Assembly (NCBI GenBank): GCA_035253605.1
Contig: DATFBV010000118.1
Coordinates: 1 to 47,518, forward strand
Direction of reading: 5' to 3'
Source: Nitrososphaera sp.
GTDB lineage: Archaea; Thermoproteota; Nitrososphaeria; Nitrososphaerales; Nitrososphaeraceae
Length of the DNA: 47,518 nt
Shown here: positions 1 to 9,353 of the stretch, one piece after another
Layout of the letters: each line of letters starts with the position of its first letter
How positions within the stretch are numbered: the stretch's first letter is position 1
Translations under genes and position numbers: made by a program
The notes under the pieces: generated by a model
What the model was told of the DNA's origin: nothing
The model's database searches: none
Seen by the model: the letters and a program-made list of their open reading frames with translations, nothing else

Positions 1-109
1 ACCCATCAGTCAAGTGTAGGTATGTAATTTTGTCATATTAGAATAAATCTGTCTAACAATTAACAGGTACCTTGAGAAGTATTAAATAAAGGTGCGAAAG
101 TAACAGCTT

Positions 110-1747
110 TTGAAAATGCCTGCTCAAATGAAGGTTCATCCATCATTTTTCAAGGAATTTGCGACTAAAACCTGGGTTTCCCCGACAGAGATTATAAAAG
201 AGCTTGTAGAGAATGCTTTTGATGAGGACGCAACAAAGGTTCTTGTCACCGTCCTCAACAATGGTTCTATTGCTATTGAAGATGACGCGGGAATGGATGA
301 GAATGGAATGGAAAAATTCCTGCTTTTGGGTTCGCCCCATAAAAGGACTGAATCCGTTTCGCCTAGGCTAAAAAGAATTAGAACAGGTAGATATGGCACA
401 GGCAGGCTATCATTTCTGACATCATTTGAGACCATGAGAATAAGAACACGGCGTAAGAATTTCACTAAAGCTCTTGTCATCAATACAGGTGTGCTTGAAA
501 GGCTGTATACGGGTAATGCCAAGCTTGATGATTTAAAGCAGCCCTCACTTAAGCGAGATGGAACAGAACTAGTCATGACTGGGGCCAAAACCCCACTCGA
601 TTTATTCAAAATAACCAAAGAGATCCGTAGACTCGCCGTGCTGAGGCAACCATTGTTTGAAGTATATATCAAGACTGCTGAGAAATTCAAAGAATGGAAT
701 TTTGACGGCTCTCAGATTATTAAGGCCCCTGAAATTCAAGGCCATAGGATACCTGTTAACCTTGATAGCGGCAAAATAACTGGGGAAATCATTATTGCTA
801 GGAGACCTCTGTCAGATGACGAGCGTGGAATTGCTGTAATGGTTGGAAACCATATTGTTACGCGCAGCAACTTTGGTTTTGACACAAAGCTCAACCGTGT
901 AACAGGCTTTATCAGATGCGATAGCCTGACGAGCAGGTTTGCTGACAAGTCAGCAATTATTGAGGATGGTGAATATGCCAAATTCAATCAGCTTATGAAA
1001 ACCTTTGTCATTGATAGAGTCATCCCAGCACTGACAGAATATGAAGACGTACTAATAACTCGCGAAGAATCCAGGATCTATCGCGAAATTGACAAGATAC
1101 TTGGACAAGCCATGATCGAAAATCTAGAACTTGAAGAGGAAGTACAAGGATACGAACTGGTGCAGGTAAGAGAAAGGGTGAAGGCTAGACAAGATGAGGA
1201 ATACGATAAGGGTCAACATAAAGTCCGTTCTGGAGAGAGTCCTCAGACCGCAGAAGATGAGGAGATCTCCCGGCTTCCTCTTGAGAGTTCAGCAATTTCT
1301 GGGGCCGGTGCTATTTGGCCAAGCGCTGTCGCAGAACCTCATGTTTCAAACAGCCTATCTAGCGTTCCTGCAGGGAGGACTGTTGAGGCGGTGAATGAGA
1401 CAGCGGCCGATGACACTGTAACTAAAACAAGAAATGTTCGTAAACCAATACTGAAAAAGACATTTGCACTCAAGCGGATAGGCTACAAGGTGATCCCATA
1501 TGAGGATGAGAGTGATTCGCGATACAGCTTTATTACCGAGAATATTGTGTTTGTAAATAAAGCCAATCCCACTTACAGGGCGGAGGCCGTAAGAGGAGAT
1601 GAGTTCCTCATGAGGCATGTGATAAGCATTGTTGCTGAGGCTGTTGCGCAGGCAAAACATCCAGAAGGAAAGGATGCTCTTGAGTTACAGAACAGGCTTG
1701 TTGCTGAGGCTATCAGGATACACAACACCAAGGTAACAAAGCGGTAG
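110..1747 (+). CDS. GHKL-family (MORC/MutL/Hsp90-like) ATPase
   Basis: GHKL motifs IIKELVENAFD, IEDDAGM and GRYGTG, followed by an S5-like region, an acidic low-complexity linker and a C-terminal FVNKANPTY segment. Start is TTG110 or ATG116. Confidence 0.8.
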   Translation: MKMPAQMKVHPSFFKEFATKTWVSPTEIIKELVENAFDEDATKVLVTVLNNGSIAIEDDAGMDENGMEKFLLLGSPHKRTESVSPRLKRIRTGRYGTGRLSFLTSFETMRIRTRRKNFTKALVINTGVLERLYTGNAKLDDLKQPSLKRDGTELVMTGAKTPLDLFKITKEIRRLAVLRQPLFEVYIKTAEKFKEWNFDGSQIIKAPEIQGHRIPVNLDSGKITGEIIIARRPLSDDERGIAVMVGNHIVTRSNFGFDTKLNRVTGFIRCDSLTSRFADKSAIIEDGEYAKFNQLMKTFVIDRVIPALTEYEDVLITREESRIYREIDKILGQAMIENLELEEEVQGYELVQVRERVKARQDEEYDKGQHKVRSGESPQTAEDEEISRLPLESSAISGAGAIWPSAVAEPHVSNSLSSVPAGRTVEAVNETAADDTVTKTRNVRKPILKKTFALKRIGYKVIPYEDESDSRYSFITENIVFVNKANPTYRAEAVRGDEFLMRHVISIVAEAVAQAKHPEGKDALELQNRLVAEAIRIHNTKVTKR

Positions 1748-1836
1748 GCGCAGTCAATATATTATAGGCTTCGGCAATTTTTTATCTTTCCAATAGAAAC
1801 GACTAAATCTAACTTGGACAGGGATGTACATCGCAT

Positions 1837-2439
1837 ATGGCGTTTGCAGAATTCATGCCAGGGGCGACAGTAGTAGGTATATCCTACAATGATGGCGTTA
1901 TATTAGCAGCAGACAAAAGAGTTTCATTCGGGAACTTTGTAGTAAACAAGAACATCAAGAAGACATTTTCGGTAACAGACCACGTTGGCGCCGCGTGCGC
2001 TGGAATGGTTGCCGATATGCAGGTGCTTGTGAGACAGGTCGAGGCATTGGCTAAGATCCGTAGGCTGGAGACAAGACGCGACGTTCCTCCAAACTCAATC
2101 GCAAAGTTAATGTCTGTTATCATGTTCGAGAGAAGATATTTTCCATTGCTAACTCAGGTCATTGTGGGCGGTATCAATGAAAAGCCAGAAGTCTATACGC
2201 TTGATCCACTCGGTTCCGTACTCCCTGATGATTATGCTGCAGTAGGCACCGGAGCCGAAGGAGCACTTGGTATCATGGATGCAGAATTTAAGCCAAATAT
2301 GTCTGAAGAGGCGGTTACAGAATTGGCTTCTAGGGCTATCAGGTCGGCGACCCAACGCGATGCTGCAAGTGGAGATGGGATCGATTTATTGTATGTAACG
2401 AGAACTGGCCATAGGGAAGAAACAAGAAGACCTGCTTAA
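1837..2439 (+). CDS. psmB: 20S proteasome beta subunit, apparently non-catalytic (Ala at the Thr1 position)
   Basis: GATVVG..DGVILAADKR, AGMVAD, LDPLGS and RDAASGDG motifs. Confidence 0.95.
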   Translation: MAFAEFMPGATVVGISYNDGVILAADKRVSFGNFVVNKNIKKTFSVTDHVGAACAGMVADMQVLVRQVEALAKIRRLETRRDVPPNSIAKLMSVIMFERRYFPLLTQVIVGGINEKPEVYTLDPLGSVLPDDYAAVGTGAEGALGIMDAEFKPNMSEEAVTELASRAIRSATQRDAASGDGIDLLYVTRTGHREETRRPA

Positions 2440-2443
2440 TCTC

Positions 2444-2917
2444 TTATATTTTCTTATAGGCTTCCCAGATTTTGTCGCTGATATAGTGAAGAGTGTCTAT
2501 GACATAGCCTTTCGTCATTTGTTCTGCTACCTCACTGTCTTCAAGAGCAAGTCCTACCGCTAGCGCCCTTCCTTGCGTCTGCTCCTTTACTACTACGATG
2601 TCACCTTTTTTAAAGGATTCAAAATTTACTATACCGGGCCGCATCACCTTGGCACCATTGCAAACAAATTTCACAGCACCCCTATCTATAGTCACTGAAG
2701 GAAAGCGCTGCAATTCTTCCCGTTTGCCGAGGAATGGCACTATTAAGCCCCGAACTTGGGCTGCGACCATCTTATCGGCAGTCAACAGACACTTGTCTCG
2801 CTCAATTTCATATACCTTGATATTTTTGACTTTTGGAAGAATATCCTGTGGCCATAAAGACATGAGCGTGTCGAAAAGCTTCGCAGTTTCACTCTTTGAT
2901 AACAAAAAAATCTTCAG
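2444..2917 (-). CDS. PUA-domain RNA-binding protein (DUF1947 + PUA)
   Basis: IDRGAVKFVCNGAKVMRPGI and LHYISDKIW. The track start is 2941; CTG at 2917 is inferred as the more likely start. Confidence 0.85.
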   Translation of the reverse strand: MKIFLLSKSETAKLFDTLMSLWPQDILPKVKNIKVYEIERDKCLLTADKMVAAQVRGLIVPFLGKREELQRFPSVTIDRGAVKFVCNGAKVMRPGIVNFESFKKGDIVVVKEQTQGRALAVGLALEDSEVAEQMTKGYVIDTLHYISDKIWEAYKKI

Positions 2918-3252
2918 GGCGATCAGAATATCGGTACACAAACGATAATTAATCTGTTACATTAAGGCTCCGTTAAGGTTTCTCCACGGCTTTAGAAGTT
3001 CGCGCTTGCTAACACATATGTGGTTCTACTTCATACCACTTGCCGAGATTATACGTTGCAAGGGAGACAATATCGGCCGTATACTGTGCATTCATTTTCT
3101 CTTATCTTGTGGCCTCGAAAATCGTAGTTCGAAGAGAGTTTCCATTATCAAAAGGATGATGAATGAGACCTATCTTCTGGGACCTAAACGAGGTGCTCAT
3201 CTACAAAGACTTGAACAATGCTAGATCGAGGATAATATGCCGCTTAAAACGC

Positions 3253-3411
3253 TCAGGGGTTAGTATGTGTTATTTCTTGCCAGCAGTCTAGGCAGTATTC
3301 GCCATTGATTTGGAATATTTCTGCAGGCTTTACTTGGCACTTCAAACACAGGTATGAGTCGGCATCTGAAATTCCTTCTATTTTCCTAACGGATTTGTTG
3401 AAAATTTGCAT
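3253..3411 (-). CDS. small CxxC-CxxC zinc-finger protein (52 aa, not in the ORF track)
   Basis: Manual translation MQIFNKSVRKIEGISDADSYLCLKCQVKPAEIFQINGEYCLDCWQEITHTNP; ATG start with an AT-rich TATA-like element upstream. Confidence 0.6.
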   Translation of the reverse strand: MQIFNKSVRKIEGISDADSYLCLKCQVKPAEIFQINGEYCLDCWQEITHTNP

Positions 3412-3886
3412 ATTATTCTTATAGAAATTCTATGATAACTTGCAATATTTATACCTTATTTTGGTCTACTAAAAGCCAATAATTATTCGTCCGGGGCCAC
3501 TCAATCAGACTACGCAGAAGTCAAAGAAGAGAAAGCTCTTAGTACTTCGTACTTAGACGATGTTACACTTTAGATGGTTTCAACAAGTTGAGCGGTACTC
3601 TAAATACCTTTCTTTCTAATGCGAGTTACTTGCCTAGTCAAATCTACCCCCAGGACAATTATTTTAAGTCACCAGGTCACTGTACAACTTCCGCTCATTA
3701 GGCTATCCTCCAATGCTCTTTGTGATATGTTGCCCAGTTATCCGGTCGATCTTCAAACATGTTTACCAAAATATTTCCCGTAGAACGTACTCCTTTAAGT
3801 AACTTGCACATTGATCCTGCTCATCACGCCTTTTGCTAAGGACCCACCTATGGTGAAGCGATTTTTCTCCACAACCGAAAAAATCA

Positions 3887-4897
3887 TTAGCTAAATGTTG
3901 CCTCTCTTATTTCTATTAAGTCGCGTAATATTGCGCTCGCAGTTTCCATTCCACCAGCACCCCTTCCGATTATCGTCTGCTGCCCAGAGTGTTCTGAGGA
4001 AAATGTAACAGCATTCAGTGTGCCATTAACGCATATTGGGTCTGTTTTAGCAACTTCTGTAGGAGCGACATGAAGTCGTCTGTTATCGCACAAGGCGAGC
4101 AATTTGACCGCATTGCCCCGTTCGACCGCATTTTTCACATCAGACAATCTTATATTGACGATGCCAGTGCGATGGATATCCTTCATAGTTACCTTCATCC
4201 CCATAATCCAATTAGCCATAATAACCAATTTTGCAGCTGCATCAAATCCGTCCACATCAAGTGAGGGATTGGCCTCAGCATAGCCTTTTTCTTTAGCATC
4301 ATTCATTGCGCTATCATATGTCTGTCCTTGCTCCATCTTGCTCAATATGTAATTTGTCGTGCCATTGAGTATCCCCTTGAATGAAATTATCCTATCTCCT
4401 TTTAGGCAGCGCTTGGCAAATTCCAAAATGGGTGTCCCGCCGCCAACTGTCCCACTGAATCGTAGCATAACACCATTGTAGTTGGCAAGCTCGATGAGTG
4501 ACGGAAAAGCGAGGGCAAGTGGTCCTTTGTTGACGCAGATTACGTGTTTATGACTTCTCATTGCCGTAGTGATATGTGACGTCGCGGGCTCGCCATCGCT
4601 GAGATTGGTGGGAGTGCATTCAAGCATGACCTCAGCGTCCACCTTCTCAATGACTTGCAGGGAATCAAATTTGGTGGTACCTTTTTCATAAGCACCCACC
4701 GTTCCCCCGGTTTTTTTTGCTTCAAGAAGCCTCTTGAGGTCTAGGCCCGCAGGGGCTACGGCTAAGCCACCGTTGTCGACACAAGCTATAATGCGAGGCT
4801 TCATCCCATGCTGATTGTACAGATCTGCTGACCGAGAGAGAAGTAACTTAGCGAAACTCTGCCCAACTACCCCAAATCCTATGATTACTACCCGCAA
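3887..4897 (-). CDS. hom: homoserine dehydrogenase
   Basis: IIGFGVVG, NKGPLA, TVGGGTPI, GILNGTTNYIL, GYAEANPSLDVDGFDAAAK and GRGAGGMETA motifs. Confidence 0.95.
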   Translation of the reverse strand: MRVVIIGFGVVGQSFAKLLLSRSADLYNQHGMKPRIIACVDNGGLAVAPAGLDLKRLLEAKKTGGTVGAYEKGTTKFDSLQVIEKVDAEVMLECTPTNLSDGEPATSHITTAMRSHKHVICVNKGPLALAFPSLIELANYNGVMLRFSGTVGGGTPILEFAKRCLKGDRIISFKGILNGTTNYILSKMEQGQTYDSAMNDAKEKGYAEANPSLDVDGFDAAAKLVIMANWIMGMKVTMKDIHRTGIVNIRLSDVKNAVERGNAVKLLALCDNRRLHVAPTEVAKTDPICVNGTLNAVTFSSEHSGQQTIIGRGAGGMETASAILRDLIEIREATFS

Positions 4898-5296
4898 TAT
4901 TGATACTGCTGTTCAAGATGGTGGGGCTTAATAAAACTATAAGTTTATGAAATTCATACCACATATTTTAAATCGTTATGAAGGTGAACGCATTTAATAC
5001 AAGCACAAACGAGAATCCAAAGCAGCTCTTGTCCTTCATCCCATGTTCCCAATATACTAAAAAAATATTGCAGAACATATAACACATCTACAAAGTTTGT
5101 TAAGTGGTTCTGACTACCTGGGCATCATGGATTGTTATCTACATTATGTAGAAATACAGCACCAGTCATTCAGCTCATTTTATTAGTTTTAAAGAAAAAG
5201 CAATTGATTATACCGGTATAATTAGTTGCATTAAACCAATTTTATTGCCTGACAGGACTAGGAGGAGCTTCCCAAACGATTTTTAGCCTGCAGGTT

Positions 5297-6106
5297 TTGT
5301 TAGGCATACAAAGGAATACACCACCATTGTTAGACAATATTGCCATACTGGCATTTCTCATCGCTGTTGGGCTCATCGCTGGAACCTTGGGTTCCATGCT
5401 TGGGGTCGGGGGAGGAATAATAATGGTTCCAGCTCTCACATTGTTGAGCCTCACACCAACACAGGCAGCTAGCACAAGCCTCATTGCAGTCATGTCAACA
5501 AGCATATCGTCGACTATAGAATACTCGCGGCAAAAGCGGATTGACTACACCCTTGGTCTAGAGATGGCTGCCTGCGCGATACCCGGTGGTGTGCTTGGGG
5601 CTGTACTCTCCGAATACCTTCTTGAAGATACATTCAAACTTTATTTTGGGGTCTTACTGATACTCACTGGCGTTTACATTGTATACAAAAACAGAGCATT
5701 AAAAGATGTCCGAGCCAAAAGGGGTTCGTTGCCTTTGCAGATCGCGGTGTTTGCCGCTTCATTTGGCGCAGGCATAATATCAAGTCTGTTTGGTGTGGGA
5801 GGCGGGATAATATTTGTACCAGCTATGCTACTTGTGCTTGGTTTGACAATGCATAGAGCAGCACCGACTTCACAATTCATACTGATGATGACAGCTATTG
5901 CTGGCGTCTTTACGCATTCGGTTTTGGGACATCCTGATTATCTTCAGGCAGCTGTTTTATCAGCAGGTGCGTTCGCTGGTGCTCAGATTGGGACAAGGTT
6001 ATCACGCATGACTAAGGATATACTACTACAGCGATTGTTGGCAATTATACTGGTCGCGATTGCGGTCACCTTCATTTTAGATGGGCTAAGTGTTATTAGC
6101 GACTAG
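5297..6106 (+). CDS. TauE/SafE family (sulfite exporter-like) membrane protein
   Basis: Duplicated GVGGGII(M/F)VP motif and several TM helices. The start may be TTG5327. Confidence 0.88.
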   Translation: MLGIQRNTPPLLDNIAILAFLIAVGLIAGTLGSMLGVGGGIIMVPALTLLSLTPTQAASTSLIAVMSTSISSTIEYSRQKRIDYTLGLEMAACAIPGGVLGAVLSEYLLEDTFKLYFGVLLILTGVYIVYKNRALKDVRAKRGSLPLQIAVFAASFGAGIISSLFGVGGGIIFVPAMLLVLGLTMHRAAPTSQFILMMTAIAGVFTHSVLGHPDYLQAAVLSAGAFAGAQIGTRLSRMTKDILLQRLLAIILVAIAVTFILDGLSVISD

Positions 6107-6195
6107 GAATGTGCCATATTTAGCTATATGTTGAGAATTAACTATCTTCTAAGCAAAAATGTAACCAAAATCTTTCATTCAGTTGCTAGATGGCA

Positions 6196-8013
6196 CTATT
6201 TTCTCCCTTCATCAATATAGAATATCGCCTCATTTTTCTTGCCAGCGGCGCCTGATGCCAGATTTAGCGCAGCCTTACAGAGTTTGGCATTGTCTGGTTC
6301 TAAACCTTCGCTGTTACCTGCGAGCACTAAATATAGCCTTATACTTGAGCCAAGTACATCACTCAGCTCTTGGTTTACAGTTGAAGCGTACGGCCGAAGT
6401 GCTCCGCGAAAAACATCGGCCCTTGCCCTCAATAAACCAGATATCTTCTTACCAACAGGTGCATCAGGACCTACTATCACAATAGCACCTTTGGAGTCTT
6501 TGAATTTTGCAGGGTCTTGAATTGAGCCCTCTGGGGCCATAGCATTCACACCTTCTTTTGTTATGAGTCCAGGAATGTAAATGAAGTTATCAACTAATGC
6601 ATCCCACTGTTTTCTTGAAAGTGAGCTCAGAGGTATATTATAGTCATAATCTCCAGTGAAGTGAATGATTGAATCAATCCTGCTCGACCTTTTCTTTGCA
6701 GCATTAAATATATGATGAACGCTTTCTTCATTTAGCATGTCGAGTGTATGGTTATGATACTCGCCATATTGGGTCATGTCCTTATGGTTGTGTGCAAGCA
6801 CGATTACATCCTTAGCACCAGCCCTATGCGCGAGGCTTGCAAGTTCCTTTACTCTTTCAGTATCCTTCTTAGTCGATGAGCTGGTCGTAATAACTATAAC
6901 TTTTCCCTTCATATCCGGTTCTGCTAAGCCATCAACTGCAGTGCCAACTATGGGTTTGACCGGATAGAATACGCGGTCGTTTGGAATGACTCTGCCATTT
7001 ATTAATCTGCTAATATTATCATCGCACAAATTCATTACCATGTCTGCCACCTCTTCCTGCTTCAAGAATTCACCGTCTACTATCATCTTGCTAGTGTTGC
7101 TTTGTATCTTTTCGGCAATCTCTTGCATCTTCGCAAGAGCGCCTGCGACAGTCTCAGACAATTTGTTGATATTTTCCTCTATCGGAGGGTGGCCACGAGA
7201 TTTACAGATCTCAATGGCGACTTGTGAGACGCCTTTTGATACTAAGTCTGCAGGTTCACCTAGTAGCGGAAGTGCCCCTACAGTAACCTTCTCAATTTCA
7301 AGAGAGCTTAGCCCAGGATATCCTCCAATTCTTAGAAACTCTGCCGCAGCCTTTGGGTATACTGTCTTGTAAATTCTATCGGAGTGCACAGGCCCTGGGT
7401 TTGTCGCAATCGAACGTATATCGCGTTCTACAAGCTCCCAAGCCAGTGCTTCCGCAAGACGGTTCTTGGCGCCCTGCGCAGCGGTGTAGGGTGTTCTGAA
7501 TCTATAAGGCCTCTGCTCATAGCGATTTTCCTCCGTGAAAAACGTTGCAATTGTGATGATCTTGGATCCTCTTTTCATAGCACTCAGGCCGCTGACAGAT
7601 GTCCAATATGTGCCAGTAAGATGGATGGCTACGGCCTCACGGAACTCTTTTACGCTTGCATTGGTAAATGTCTTGACAGGGCCTGAGACACCAGCATTGT
7701 TTACTATTATATCGACTCCCCCAAACTGCTTCCGGATGCCCTCAAACATAGAATTAATCCCGGCCTCGTCAGCAACATCTACACCTGGAAAGACGCCCAA
7801 CCTGCCGGAAGAACCCGAAGAAGCAATTATTTCCTCTAAAATACCTGCAGTCTGATCAAGCGGCTCTTTCCTCCTGCCCATGATGATAATATTGGCGCCG
7901 TTCTCAGCGAACCTCCTAGCTATCGCCTGTCCGATGCCGGTTCCACTGCCAGTGATAACTACTGTTTTATCCACAAACTTTAAGGGAGACTTGGAAGAGA
8001 CCTGTTTTTCCAC
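6196..8013 (-). CDS. two-domain SDR oxidoreductase resembling the malonyl-CoA reductase C-terminal half
   Basis: TGSGTGIG, NNAG, PYRFRTPY, PGPVHSDRI, a helical insert and a degenerate second Rossmann domain. Confidence 0.8.
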   Translation of the reverse strand: MEKQVSSKSPLKFVDKTVVITGSGTGIGQAIARRFAENGANIIIMGRRKEPLDQTAGILEEIIASSGSSGRLGVFPGVDVADEAGINSMFEGIRKQFGGVDIIVNNAGVSGPVKTFTNASVKEFREAVAIHLTGTYWTSVSGLSAMKRGSKIITIATFFTEENRYEQRPYRFRTPYTAAQGAKNRLAEALAWELVERDIRSIATNPGPVHSDRIYKTVYPKAAAEFLRIGGYPGLSSLEIEKVTVGALPLLGEPADLVSKGVSQVAIEICKSRGHPPIEENINKLSETVAGALAKMQEIAEKIQSNTSKMIVDGEFLKQEEVADMVMNLCDDNISRLINGRVIPNDRVFYPVKPIVGTAVDGLAEPDMKGKVIVITTSSSTKKDTERVKELASLAHRAGAKDVIVLAHNHKDMTQYGEYHNHTLDMLNEESVHHIFNAAKKRSSRIDSIIHFTGDYDYNIPLSSLSRKQWDALVDNFIYIPGLITKEGVNAMAPEGSIQDPAKFKDSKGAIVIVGPDAPVGKKISGLLRARADVFRGALRPYASTVNQELSDVLGSSIRLYLVLAGNSEGLEPDNAKLCKAALNLASGAAGKKNEAIFYIDEGRK

Positions 8014-8102
8014 AAAATTGCCACTGAGCTATGATTATTAAAGTTAACTTGCTTCACTGCGGAAAATTATATTAGCATCTGTACAGAAAAGAGTAACGAG
8101 AT

Positions 8103-8498
8103 CTAATTTGTTTTCCGAACTATATTCTTTATGTGGAAGGCTATCCTGTCTGCAATTTCGAACATAGCAGCATCGAATGCAAGATTCTCCTCATGAATCC
8201 ATCTGGCGTATATTCTTATATGGTCATCTTGGGGGTCGACCGTTATTTCACGTACTGTCAATAGGACTTCTTTGAGCGCGCTAGTAAGATCAGCGTCAGC
8301 CTGCAAAACCTTCGCGAAATTGTCATCTCCTGTCCACTTGACATCGATGATGCGCCGACTATGGAAATATCCTTTTGTTACTGGTTTACATCTCGCTAAA
8401 AATTTATCGTTATCATTGCTCTTTATCTCCACTATATAGTGTACGTGATAATATTGCAGAGGACCGTACGGCAACGGAATTGGATCTATATTTGGCAT
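8103..8498 (-). CDS. hypothetical protein
   Basis: ORF co-oriented with its neighbours; ATG8498 lies 4 nt after the upstream stop. Confidence 0.65.
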   Translation of the reverse strand: MPNIDPIPLPYGPLQYYHVHYIVEIKSNDNDKFLARCKPVTKGYFHSRRIIDVKWTGDDNFAKVLQADADLTSALKEVLLTVREITVDPQDDHIRIYARWIHEENLAFDAAMFEIADRIAFHIKNIVRKTN

Positions 8499-8502
8499 GC
8501 TC

Positions 8503-8823
8503 TTAATTCCTCTGCAGCAACTGGACAAAGTCAATGTTCTTACCTTTAATCTTCACTAAACCCTTGTTCGTTACGAATTTAGGTGACATTGAAAAGGTCT
8601 GACTGTAATACTGTTTATGTTCAAGTGGATGCGAGCCAAGAGGTAGCGCTTCACTATCCATCCCACTCCGCTTCATTTCCTCTGCAATCCTCTCGTGTGC
8701 AGAGAATTTCTTTATTACGAAAAGATCGATGTCTACACTATCATGTTCTCCTTTCTCTGATTTACCTTGAGTAAAATGAGTAGTTTTGTGCTCCACGAAG
8801 CGCGTACAATTCTGCAGCCACAA
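8503..8823 (-). CDS. hypothetical protein
   Basis: ORF immediately downstream of purE in the same orientation; start uncertain. Confidence 0.55.
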   Translation of the reverse strand: MWLQNCTRFVEHKTTHFTQGKSEKGEHDSVDIDLFVIKKFSAHERIAEEMKRSGMDSEALPLGSHPLEHKQYYSQTFSMSPKFVTNKGLVKIKGKNIDFVQLLQRN

Positions 8824-8834
8824 ATAAATTTATT

Positions 8835-9353
8835 CTATGCTCTTCCGATATAGCGTGCGACACCTGATTTCTCGAGTTTCCTTGCTTTCCTAAGCACGCT
8901 ACTCTCTAACTGGCGCTTGTATTTTTCTACGCTGGTTGCAATGTTTGGATATTTTGTTCCTAAGATTTGGCAAGCAAGCAGGCCAGCATTTCTAGCTCCG
9001 TTTATCGCCATAGTCGCGACAGGCACCCCGGGCGGCATCTGAGCAATTGAAAGGAGTGAGTCAAGGCCATCAAGATTCCTTGTCTTGATAGGAACACCAA
9101 TTACGGGCACAACAGTTAGTGAAGCCACCATACCTGGAAGATGAGCTGCTCCTCCTGCACCAGCGATGATTATCTCCATACCCCTTTTCTTGGCAGTTGT
9201 AGCGTAGCGGACCATCCTCTTTGTTGTCCTGTGTGCAGACACGATTGTAATTTCATTAGCCACTCCAAAGGAATCCAAGACCTCCTTAGCTTCATTCATT
9301 ACCAGAAGGTCAGAATCGCTTCCCATTATGATACCAACTAGAGGCCCGTTCAT
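8835..9353 (-). CDS. purE: N5-CAIR mutase
   Basis: [22 protein letters not shown] and [10 protein letters not shown] motifs. Confidence 0.97.
   Translation of the reverse strand: MNGPLVGIIMGSDSDLLVMNEAKEVLDSFGVANEITIVSAHRTTKRMVRYATTAKKRGMEIIIAGAGGAAHLPGMVASLTVVPVIGVPIKTRNLDGLDSLLSIAQMPPGVPVATMAINGARNAGLLACQILGTKYPNIATSVEKYKRQLESSVLRKARKLEKSGVARYIGRA

Noticed and set aside
3006-3886. ORF 3006-3224, and a possible ncRNA or pseudogene in 3480-3880
   Set aside because: No recognisable protein motif, tRNA-like fold or strong hairpin was seen by eye. A covariance-model search would be needed.
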